DNA of 64,000 nucleotides from Candidatus Moraniibacteriota bacterium (GTDB lineage Bacteria > Patescibacteriota > Minisyncoccia > Moranbacterales > GCA-2747515), in the NCBI GenBank assembly GCA_046116545.1, contig CP175956.1, positions 1,025,734-1,089,733 of the forward strand, in the 5' to 3' direction. Shown in pieces: positions 28,516-37,581 of this stretch (its first letter is position 1; each line of letters opens with the position of its first letter). Made by a program: the position numbers and the translations under genes. Below the pieces are notes generated by a model. The model was not told where the DNA came from and ran no database searches. It saw nothing but the letters and a program-made list of their open reading frames with translations.

Positions 28516-31230
28516 CTATTGATAATACCCACTAGCATCAGAAGTGGCTGTGTATGTCACAGATCCAGTATAAACTCCTGAAGGTTGTGATGGTGATACA
28601 TCTACTTTGTAACATACATCAGTTGTTGATGAAGTTGAATTATATGCTGTGTATGCTGCTATTGCTTGAGCTGTTTGTGGTACACCTGCATATTCTGCAT
28701 CATCATTTGTTGTTCCTTCTTCACACAGATCTCCTGAGGTTGTCCATATGTTATTGAAGGTGTTATGAGTTGTATCATTTTGTGGAAATTGTATTACTGA
28801 GAAACCTAAACCTTTTGTTGTTGGAGCGTTCCAAGATTCTGTTACTTTTGTTGTTTGATCAAATTGTGTTAGGTCTGGTATTTCATCTGTATTATTTGAA
28901 TGTACTAGGGTTGTATTTGAAGCTCCATTATCATTTATCATTGATAAATAATAACCTTGGGTATCATTTGTTGTTACTATACAAGTTGATTCTCCTACTG
29001 CTGGAGTTCCTGCTATTACTATTCCTGGGTTTGCTACTGTTCCTAGTATTACATCATAATCTCCTGTTGATCCATCTTTATCATAACAATCCATTGATAG
29101 GGTTGCATTTACTTCTACATTTAGGTTTAGGTCATCTATTCCTGATATTGTTCCATCTCCGTTTACAATATAAGTTGTTGCATGGTTTGTTGTGAATGTA
29201 CATATTCCGTTTGTTACTGTACATGTTGTATGGGTATTCCATGTTACTTCTCCTTCTAGTTGTGAAAGGACTTCTAGTTCCATATCATTGTAAGCTTCGC
29301 TTACAGTTATTTCCATTGTTATATTTTGTGAAAAAGATAGGTTTTCATTTGGTATACCTAGTCTTACTGCTCCTATTGCATTTGGATGATCTCCTTTTTC
29401 TTCTGATAGTGTATTCTCTGTTATGAAGTTTTCAAAGTTAAAGTTTTGATTCAAGCTTTCGGTTATTACTGTATTATTTGGGAATATCGCATTTGTTGTA
29501 TTTGATTGGAAGGTTACTTGTACTTGGGTTGTTGTTTGGGTTGCGTTGTCTATTGTTCCGTTATCTACTGAGATGTAGCCATTTGTTTCTAAATCACTCA
29601 TATCTGTTGTACTTGGATCTGGAATTGTTTGATTTGTTAATGGATTTGTTGTGAAACTTTGTTCTTCTCCATATACGATTCCTTTTTCATTTGTTGCTTT
29701 TGCTCTTATGTAATATGTTGTGTTTGGCGTTAGGCTTGTTAGGTCACAAGAGTATGTTCCTAATGCTCCTACACCTGCGGTGCAGTCATCAGTGTAAGTT
29801 TCACTTACTGTTCCCCATTGGATTTCTCTTGTTGGATTCTCTGTTCCTATATCTGTTATATTTGCATTTCCTATTGCCGATGTAGTTCCTATATTATTTG
29901 TTGTGTTTGTTATTGTTTGAGCTTTGTTTGTTAGGAAGTGGATGTGGATTGCACCTCTATTTATTCCTCCTGCGTCATCATCAGGAACACCAACTGCAAT
30001 ATCTTGAATACCATCATCATTAACATCACCTATATATGCAATATTTCTTCCATAACGATCATCATTTACAAGTGTTGGACCATTTATTGTATTAGAATTA
30101 ACTTCAACCGTTGATTTTACCGAACCATCCATATTCATAAAATGAATATGGATTGTGCCACGATCTGTACCAGCTGCATCATCCAAATAAGCTCCTACTG
30201 CAATATCTTCTGCACCATCATTATTAAGATCTCCTATACCCGCAACTGACACACCATAAAGATCACTGTCTGCAAGATTTGGACCATTTGTTGTTGTACT
30301 ATCAATTTTTATAGTTGAATCAATAGAGCCATCTGTATTCATAAAATGAATATAGATTGCACCACGATCCGTTCCATTTGTATCATCACGATAAGCTCCT
30401 ACTGCAATATCTTGTACACCATCATTATTAAGGTCTCCTATACCAGTAACTGCTATACCATAACGATCATCATTTACAAGTGTTGGACCATTTGTTGTTG
30501 TGTCATTTATTTCTACGGTTGAATCAATAGAGCCATCTGTATTCATAAAGTGAATATATATTGTTCCTCTATTTTCACCACCCGCATCATCACGATAAGC
30601 ACCTGATGCAATATCTTGCACTCCATCACCATTAATGTCTCCTATACCCGCAACTGTTACACCATAATAATCATAATCTACAAGATTTGGACCATTTGTT
30701 GTTGTGTCATCTATTTCTACAGTAGAATCAATAGAGCCATCTGTATTCATAAAGTGAATATGAACAGCTCCAGAATCTACATTCCCACCTGAATCATCAC
30801 GATAAGCTCCTACTGCAATATCTTGTACACCATCATTATTAAGGTCTCCTATACCGGTAACTGATATACCATAACGATCACCATTTACAAGTGTTGGACC
30901 ATTTGTTGTTGCATCATTTATTTCTACAGTAGAATCAATAGAGCCATCTGCATTCATAAAATGAATATATATCGCACCACGTTCCGCTCCGTTTGCATCA
31001 TCAAAATACGCACCCACTGCAATATCTTGTACACCATCATTATTAAGGTCTCCTATACCCGCAACTGTTACACCATAATAATCAGAATCTAATAAAACTG
31101 GACCATTTGTAGTCAGATCATTAATCTCCACAGTAGAATCAATAGATCCATCTCCTACAGCAAGTGTTGTTTGTGTATAAAAAAGTGTAGCAATAAATGC
31201 TACCGAAAGTATTATAATATTATTTTTCAT
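28516..31230 (-). CDS. Secreted surface protein, paralog 2. Domain order: signal peptide, 7 FG-GAP repeats (integrin-alpha-like beta-propeller), an Fn3-like domain, and the conserved C-terminal domain
   Basis: 904 aa. A ~68-aa unit YG.SV.GIGDLNNDGVQDIAVGAY.DD.GG…G.IHIHFMN.DGS occurs 7 times. An Fn3-like segment reads YSCDLTSLTPNTTYYIRAKATNEKG. The C-terminal ~285 aa are nearly identical to paralogs 1 and 3. Confidence 0.75.
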   Translation of the reverse strand: MKNNIIILSVAFIATLFYTQTTLAVGDGSIDSTVEINDLTTNGPVLLDSDYYGVTVAGIGDLNNDGVQDIAVGAYFDDANGAERGAIYIHFMNADGSIDSTVEINDATTNGPTLVNGDRYGISVTGIGDLNNDGVQDIAVGAYRDDSGGNVDSGAVHIHFMNTDGSIDSTVEIDDTTTNGPNLVDYDYYGVTVAGIGDINGDGVQDIASGAYRDDAGGENRGTIYIHFMNTDGSIDSTVEINDTTTNGPTLVNDDRYGIAVTGIGDLNNDGVQDIAVGAYRDDTNGTDRGAIYIHFMNTDGSIDSTIKIDSTTTNGPNLADSDLYGVSVAGIGDLNNDGAEDIAVGAYLDDAAGTDRGTIHIHFMNMDGSVKSTVEVNSNTINGPTLVNDDRYGRNIAYIGDVNDDGIQDIAVGVPDDDAGGINRGAIHIHFLTNKAQTITNTTNNIGTTSAIGNANITDIGTENPTREIQWGTVSETYTDDCTAGVGALGTYSCDLTSLTPNTTYYIRAKATNEKGIVYGEEQSFTTNPLTNQTIPDPSTTDMSDLETNGYISVDNGTIDNATQTTTQVQVTFQSNTTNAIFPNNTVITESLNQNFNFENFITENTLSEEKGDHPNAIGAVRLGIPNENLSFSQNITMEITVSEAYNDMELEVLSQLEGEVTWNTHTTCTVTNGICTFTTNHATTYIVNGDGTISGIDDLNLNVEVNATLSMDCYDKDGSTGDYDVILGTVANPGIVIAGTPAVGESTCIVTTNDTQGYYLSMINDNGASNTTLVHSNNTDEIPDLTQFDQTTKVTESWNAPTTKGLGFSVIQFPQNDTTHNTFNNIWTTSGDLCEEGTTNDDAEYAGVPQTAQAIAAYTAYNSTSSTTDVCYKVDVSPSQPSGVYTGSVTYTATSDASGYYQ

Positions 31231-31444
31231 TTTTATATTTAAAGTTATTTATTTTATACTTTTCAGTATATCATATATTGTACCTTCCACATAAAAAATG
31301 TATGCTGATTTATTCAACTATTTATTACCTCATCCCGTTTCTTCAACTCTTTAATTAAGGTAATTTCATTTTATTAAACATATAGCCTGCAAAATATAAA
31401 AACCACCCCTATAAAGTAGTGATTTTTTAAATAGCTATTTTTTA

Positions 31445-32041
31445 CTAAAATTTTTCTGACTCTAACACTATTAATAACAATTTCTTTTTTGCTCTTCTTA
31501 ATAACGTCCCAACACTACTAGTTGGTTTATTTAAAATTTCACTTATTTCAGTATATGATTTGTCTTCAAAATATCTTAATGTTATGACTTGTGCATAATT
31601 TTCTGGTAATTGAGCTACAGCATCTTCTAATTCACCCCTTAACTCAATTTGAAACCATTCATCTAAAGTCGTACTGGTTTTATCTGATATCTCTATATTA
31701 TCCTTTACTGAATCAACCTCTTCTATTGATATAGTTTTCCTTTTATTACTTCTATTAAACCAATTCATTGTTTCATTATGAGCAATTCTATAAATCCATG
31801 ATGAAAACTTTTTTTCACAATCAAATGAATCGATATGCTTTAATGTTTTTATAAAAACATTTTGAACTAAATCCTTCGATTCATCTGAATTATTCACAAA
31901 ACGCATTACGTAATAAAATAATTTTTTCTCATACCTTTTTATTATCACATCAAAACATGCAGTATTTCCATTTTGAACCATTCTCACTATTTCATTATCA
32001 TCAACACTTTCATCACAACCAAAAATTTCTTTTTTATTCAT
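31445..32041 (-). CDS. RNA polymerase ECF-type sigma-70 factor
   Basis: Region 2 (DLVQNVFIKTLKHIDSFD…FSSWIYRIAHNETMNW) and region 4 (SYTEISEILNKPTSSVGTLLRRAKKKL). Confidence 0.8.
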   Translation of the reverse strand: MNKKEIFGCDESVDDNEIVRMVQNGNTACFDVIIKRYEKKLFYYVMRFVNNSDESKDLVQNVFIKTLKHIDSFDCEKKFSSWIYRIAHNETMNWFNRSNKRKTISIEEVDSVKDNIEISDKTSTTLDEWFQIELRGELEDAVAQLPENYAQVITLRYFEDKSYTEISEILNKPTSSVGTLLRRAKKKLLLIVLESEKF

Positions 32042-32106
32042 AAACTATTGCAAAAAGACTATAAAATACGTACTATTAGAATACTATTCTATTTTATTAT
32101 AAGCAA

Positions 32107-33183
32107 ATGAAAATCTTATCAATTGAAACATCATGTGACGAAACAGCGGCTAGTGTTGTAGCATTTTCTGACAATTCTATAAACGTACAATCAAATGTTA
32201 TTTCATCTCAAGTTGAGTTACATGCTAAATGGGGTGGTGTTGTACCAAATCTTGCTGCTCGTGAACATACAAAAAATATCATCCCTGTTATTACAGAAGC
32301 ACTCGAAACTGCAAATACATCCAGAAATGATATTGATCTAATCTCAGTAACTCACGGACCAGGCTTAATCCCAGCACTATTATCTGGAGTAAGTGCTACA
32401 AAATCACTTGCCTATTCTTGGAATAAACCTCTAATGGGAGTTCACCATATAGAGGGTCATATTTATGCTAACTGGATAAATAATCCCAATATTGAATTTC
32501 CAGCACTTGCACTTGTTGTTTCTGGTGGACACACACAACTTGTACTCATGCAAAATCACTGCGAGTATGAAATAATTGGACAAACTCAAGATGATGCTGT
32601 TGGTGAAGCTTTTGACAAAGTATCTAGAATGTTGGGACTGGGCTACCCTGGTGGACCAATCATTTCAGAACGCTCTGAGATATTTGCACAAAGTAATTCT
32701 GAAAATAAAATCACACTTCCCCAACCAATGAAATATAGTGGGGATTATAATTTTTCATTCTCAGGTATAAAAACAGCAGCCCTTTATTTGGTAAAAAATT
32801 ATAGAAAAGAAAATAATTTATCTGAAGAAGATGTCTTACCACAAAATTTCATAGACTCTGTTGCAAATGCCTTTCAGACAGCTACAGCAGAAATTCTAAC
32901 AGAAAAAACAAAAAAAGCATCCGAACAATACAATGTAAAATCAATACTACTTGCTGGAGGTGTTAGTGCTAATGTACAACTGCGAAATTCCCTTAAAAAA
33001 GCTGTTGAAACTTCAAGCACAAATTTCTATGCTCCTGATTTTGAATACTGTTTGGATAATGCAGCTATGATAGCTATAGCCACATATTATAGATGGAACA
33101 CTTTATCACAAATAGAAAAAAATAACTTATCAAATGGCTGGAAAAATATTTCAGCTTACGCAAATTTAAACTTAGCTAACTAA
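32107..33183 (+). CDS. tsaD: tRNA N6-adenosine threonylcarbamoyltransferase TsaD
   Basis: MKILSIETSCDETAASVV N-terminus and the HHIEGH metal-binding motif of the Kae1/TsaD family. Confidence 0.9.
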   Translation: MKILSIETSCDETAASVVAFSDNSINVQSNVISSQVELHAKWGGVVPNLAAREHTKNIIPVITEALETANTSRNDIDLISVTHGPGLIPALLSGVSATKSLAYSWNKPLMGVHHIEGHIYANWINNPNIEFPALALVVSGGHTQLVLMQNHCEYEIIGQTQDDAVGEAFDKVSRMLGLGYPGGPIISERSEIFAQSNSENKITLPQPMKYSGDYNFSFSGIKTAALYLVKNYRKENNLSEEDVLPQNFIDSVANAFQTATAEILTEKTKKASEQYNVKSILLAGGVSANVQLRNSLKKAVETSSTNFYAPDFEYCLDNAAMIAIATYYRWNTLSQIEKNNLSNGWKNISAYANLNLAN

Positions 33184-33299
33184 AAATGTATAACATGTGG
33201 ATAACTTATTGTACTATTTTACACTTTATTGTATTATTAAAATGTATATAGGGTATTCAATGCAATACAAAAATAAAAATAAAAAGAGGAGACTTAAAA

Positions 33300-33542
33300 A
33301 TGGGACGTATATTAAAAACTTTTATAAAACACTGTTCATATTGTAATAAAGATTTTGGCTGTACTTCAGCTGATGGTATTACAAAAAAATGTGACACATG
33401 TGACACAGAATATGGTTCTGCAAGTTGCAGCATTAATTCAATGTTCACAGTTATATCTCATGGCATATGTACAGAGAATTGTTTCATCACAAGCTTAGAT
33501 CCTCAAATGGCAAAGCGTTACATGGAGAGTGCTAATGCGTAG
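33300..33542 (+). CDS. Small cysteine-rich protein (10 Cys in 80 aa), probably a Zn-ribbon protein
   Basis: Strong Shine-Dalgarno sequence AAGAGGAG 7–8 nt upstream. The Cys pattern is CxxC…C…CxxC…C…C…C..C with no signal peptide. Confidence 0.45.
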   Translation: MGRILKTFIKHCSYCNKDFGCTSADGITKKCDTCDTEYGSASCSINSMFTVISHGICTENCFITSLDPQMAKRYMESANA

Positions 33543-33683
33543 CAAGTTATTAATAATAAAATATATACACAAACAGTAATCATTTTAATGATTACTGTTT
33601 TCTTTTACTTGAAAATTTTATTACTATTGAAATCGTTGGGTTTTACTGCTATTGTAAACATACTAAAATACCTTTAAACCCAT

Positions 33684-36311
33684 ATGATTATGAAAGAATT
33701 ATCAAAACAATACGACCCTCAAAAAACAGAAGATAATATTTATAAATTATGGGAAGAATCTGGTTTTTTCAATCCTGACAACTTAGATGGCGAACCATTT
33801 TCAATCATGATGCCACCTCCAAATGTTACTGGAGTTTTACATCTTGGCCATGCAATGGAAAATACAATAATGGACATCATGATACGATATCAACGTATGA
33901 ATGGTAAAAAAGCATTACTACTTCCTGGTACCGATCATGCAGCCGTAGCCACTCAAGCAAAAGTTGAGAAATTATTGATTGCAAAAGGAATTGAAAATCC
34001 ACGAGAAGAACTTGGACGTGAAAAACTACTAGATGAAATTCGTGAGTACGCTGAAGATTCAAAATCAACAATTTTATCTCAAATTCGTAAAATGGGAACT
34101 AGTTGCGATTGGAGCAGACTTGCCTATACTTTTGATGATGACCGCTCAACGGCTGTAAACACAGTATTTACAAAAATGTACAATGATGGACTTATCTATC
34201 GTGGGCATAGAGTTATAAACTGGTCAGTCAAAGGTCAGTCAACATGTTCTGATGATGAGTTAGAGCACTTAGAGCGACCTGGTAAATTATACACATTTAA
34301 GTACAGTGCTGACTTCCCTATTTCAATAGCAACAACTAGACCTGAAACTAAACTTGGTGATACAGCTGTAGCTGTCCATCCTGATGACAAAAGATATCAA
34401 AAATTCATAGGGCAAACATTCACAGTTGATGTTGGCGCAAAAAAACCACTGAAAATAAAGATTATTACAGATACAGAAATCGACAAAGACTTTGGTACTG
34501 GTGCACTAGGAGTAACACCTGCCCATAGCTCAATTGATTTTGCAATGTATGAAAAACAAAAAGCCAATGACAATGAAATAGCTCTTATTCAAGTAATTGA
34601 TCAGTACGGCAAAATGACAGAAGATGCTGGAACTTCTTATGAAGGACTTTTTGTTGAAGAAGCTCGTGCAAAATTTGTTGATTATTTAAAAAATAATAAC
34701 TTATTAGAAAAAGAAGAAGATGTAATGCAAAATGTCGGAACATCAGATCGCTTTGGTGATGTCGTAGAAGCACTTCCGATGACACAATGGTTTGTGGACG
34801 TGAATAAAAAAATTCCTGGCAAAGAAAAAAGTCTCAAAGAGTTAATGACAGAAGCTGTATCAATCGGACACGGTGGTGACATTGAAAAAAAAGTAAATAT
34901 TATACCAAAACGATTTGAATCCACATATTTCAACTGGATTGATAATTTAAGAGACTGGTGTATATCTCGTCAGGTATGGTGGGGTCATCAAATACCTGTT
35001 TGGTACAATGGCGATGAAGTTTTTGTAGGAACAAATAAGCCTGAAGGAACTAATTGGACTCAAGATGAAGATACTTTGGACACATGGTTTTCTTCTGGTC
35101 TTTGGACATTTTCAACTTTAGGTTGGCCAAATCAAACGAAAGATTTAGAAACTTTTCACCCAACAAATTGGATGCAAATGGGACACGAAATATTATTTTT
35201 TTGGATGGCCCGAATGATACTTATGTCAACTTATACATTAGATGAAATTCCTTTTGAAAATGTATATATCCATGGTGTTCTCAGAGATAAAGACGGTAAT
35301 AAATTTTCCAAATCATCTGGAAATACATTAGATCCAATGGATGTAACCAAGGAATACGGAACTGATGCCTTACGACTAAGCTGCATATCTGGAATAACCC
35401 CTGGCAATGACTCCAAATTTTATAATGAAAAAGTTGAAAATGGTAGAAACTTTGCAAATAAACTATGGAATATAGGTCGTTACATAACATCTTCAACAAA
35501 CATTTCCTCTGAAGTAGATTTTGAAAAACTATCAATTTCTGATAAATGGATTTTATCAAAATTACACGACACAATTACTGGTGTAAATAAGGACATGGAA
35601 AAATATAATTTTTCTCAAGCAAGTGAACGATTACGTAGCTTCACATGGGATGAATTCGCTGATTGGTATGTAGAAATTCATAAAGTTGAAAAAAATGATG
35701 CTCTCTTAGTTTATATTTATCAAACATTACTAAAATTATGGCATCCATTTATACCATTTGTTACAGAAACGATTTGGCAAGAAATGTTTGAAACAGATTC
35801 ATTACTCATGGTTGAAAATTGGCCCGACACAAATAATATTCATGTCACATCTTCTGATTTTGATTCAATAAAAGAAATCATTACAAGTATCCGAAATATA
35901 CGCGCGACATTTACAGTCCCTGCAAACTCAGAAATTGACATAACAATCATAACAAAAAATACTGAAAATATAACACCTACTGAAAATCTCATAAAACGAC
36001 TTGCAAAAGTGAATTCAATATCAATACAAGAATCTGATATAGATCAGTCTGAATCAGCTTCTGCTATATGTGGAACTGATAAATTGTATGTTCACTTATC
36101 TGGCATTATTGATATAGACAAAGAAAAAAACAGATTGCAAAAAGAAATTGATAAAACTAATAGTTATTTAACTGTATTGGAGAAAAAACTATCAAATAAA
36201 CAATTTGTAGAAAATGCTCCCAAAGAGGTTGTCACCACAGAAAAAGAAAACATGACAACGGCCACTAATAAAGTATCGGAACTATCTGAAAACTTAAAGA
36301 ATTTAAACTAA
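33684..36311 (+). CDS. valS: Valine--tRNA ligase
   Basis: HIGH motif PPPNVTGVLHLGHA, KMSKS motif KFSKSSGN, an editing domain and a C-terminal coiled coil. Confidence 0.95.
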   Translation: MIMKELSKQYDPQKTEDNIYKLWEESGFFNPDNLDGEPFSIMMPPPNVTGVLHLGHAMENTIMDIMIRYQRMNGKKALLLPGTDHAAVATQAKVEKLLIAKGIENPREELGREKLLDEIREYAEDSKSTILSQIRKMGTSCDWSRLAYTFDDDRSTAVNTVFTKMYNDGLIYRGHRVINWSVKGQSTCSDDELEHLERPGKLYTFKYSADFPISIATTRPETKLGDTAVAVHPDDKRYQKFIGQTFTVDVGAKKPLKIKIITDTEIDKDFGTGALGVTPAHSSIDFAMYEKQKANDNEIALIQVIDQYGKMTEDAGTSYEGLFVEEARAKFVDYLKNNNLLEKEEDVMQNVGTSDRFGDVVEALPMTQWFVDVNKKIPGKEKSLKELMTEAVSIGHGGDIEKKVNIIPKRFESTYFNWIDNLRDWCISRQVWWGHQIPVWYNGDEVFVGTNKPEGTNWTQDEDTLDTWFSSGLWTFSTLGWPNQTKDLETFHPTNWMQMGHEILFFWMARMILMSTYTLDEIPFENVYIHGVLRDKDGNKFSKSSGNTLDPMDVTKEYGTDALRLSCISGITPGNDSKFYNEKVENGRNFANKLWNIGRYITSSTNISSEVDFEKLSISDKWILSKLHDTITGVNKDMEKYNFSQASERLRSFTWDEFADWYVEIHKVEKNDALLVYIYQTLLKLWHPFIPFVTETIWQEMFETDSLLMVENWPDTNNIHVTSSDFDSIKEIITSIRNIRATFTVPANSEIDITIITKNTENITPTENLIKRLAKVNSISIQESDIDQSESASAICGTDKLYVHLSGIIDIDKEKNRLQKEIDKTNSYLTVLEKKLSNKQFVENAPKEVVTTEKENMTTATNKVSELSENLKNLN

Positions 36312-36316
36312 TTTCA

Positions 36317-36820
36317 ATGAATTTCATTTTAACATTCATTCTTGGAATATTTGTAGCAATATCTTCATTAATCACTCAAGTGTTTGTCAGTTTAATAGCT
36401 GAGTTATTTTTTCATATCAAAAACTTAACTTTTCAGTATGATATGAACGATACTATAAAAAATATAATAATCTTAATAGTTTTAGCAGCAATGATTGAAG
36501 AGTGCTTAAGATATATTGTTATAAAATATCAAATATCTAAATACACAAGAGAAACTACATTACTATGCATTATTTATGGAATATTATTTGGATTTGGATT
36601 TGCCACTCTTGAAGCATTAATGTTATTTCTTGGGAATTCTCTCTCTCTAAATAATATAATCTTATTTATACCAGTTATTTTCATACACACCATAGCAAGT
36701 GTATTTTTAATGCTTACAATAACAAAGAACTCTAAAATACAATTTGATATTATATTTATACTGCTTGCCATACTTTTTCATGCATCTGCAAACCTCATTT
36801 TATATAATTCTCTTATATAA
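36317..36820 (+). CDS. CPBP-family (CAAX/Abi) intramembrane metalloprotease-like protein
   Basis: Polytopic membrane ORF with EExxxR (MIEECLRYIV), FxxxH (FIHTIASV) and HxxxN (FHASANL) motifs in the order expected for the CPBP family. Confidence 0.5.
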   Translation: MNFILTFILGIFVAISSLITQVFVSLIAELFFHIKNLTFQYDMNDTIKNIIILIVLAAMIEECLRYIVIKYQISKYTRETTLLCIIYGILFGFGFATLEALMLFLGNSLSLNNIILFIPVIFIHTIASVFLMLTITKNSKIQFDIIFILLAILFHASANLILYNSLI

Positions 36821-36944
36821 TTCATCCATAGTTTCCTTGCATTAAAAAACAAAGTATTTTATAATATATAATATACTAACAACTTAAACGAGAAGTGATT
36901 TAATCATCACTCTCACCTATTTATAAATCATAACTCACGATAAT

Positions 36945-37496
36945 ATGAAAAAAGAAAAGAAGTCATTTCTAAATAGATTTTCTGGAGGAAATAATGAGAC
37001 AGAACAACCAATGATGCAAGAGCAGCAGCCAATGTCTATGCCTGTTTATGCAGAAGAGGAAGAAACTCAAATGCAAGTTGAACAATATCCTCAAGAAGAA
37101 CAACCAATGATGCAATCAGGGCAAGATGACTGGGCGCAGGAAGAAATGACAGAAACTGATGACTCAGAAGGACAATTAACAATTGATGTTTATCAAACAG
37201 ACACTGAAATAGTTATCAAATCAACTATCGCAGGAGTAAAGCCGGAAGACTTAGATGTATCAATTAGCAATGATATGCTCACCATTAAAGGTGATCGAAA
37301 AAATGAAGAAGTTGTTGACGATAATAATTTTTATTACAAAGAATGTTATTGGGGATCTTTTTCTCGTTCAGTAGTATTGCCAATGGATGTATTAGCTGAT
37401 AAAATCGATGCTACTTTAAAAAATGGAATTCTGACAATTAGATTGCCTAAGGCTGATGTAACAAAGACAAAGAAAATCCAAGTGCGCGGCTTTTAA
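36945..37496 (+). CDS. Hsp20/alpha-crystallin small heat-shock protein with an N-terminal Q/E/M-rich low-complexity extension
   Basis: Alpha-crystallin domain from LTIDVYQTDTEIVIKS to ATLKNGILTIRLPKA. The N-terminal 70 aa consist of EQQPM-type repeats. Confidence 0.8.
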   Translation: MKKEKKSFLNRFSGGNNETEQPMMQEQQPMSMPVYAEEEETQMQVEQYPQEEQPMMQSGQDDWAQEEMTETDDSEGQLTIDVYQTDTEIVIKSTIAGVKPEDLDVSISNDMLTIKGDRKNEEVVDDNNFYYKECYWGSFSRSVVLPMDVLADKIDATLKNGILTIRLPKADVTKTKKIQVRGF

Positions 37497-37581
37497 TTAG
37501 CATTATATTTACATTACAACACAAAAAGTTATGGAGGGTTTGTAAAACCCTCCTTTTTGACCCAATTATAATAATAGTGAA

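Noticed and set aside
28516-29373. WxL-type cell-wall-binding domain assignment for the conserved C-terminus
   Set aside because: No convincing paired W-x-L motifs are present (only SWNA and NIWTTSGDL). This leaves the domain unassigned rather than forcing a name
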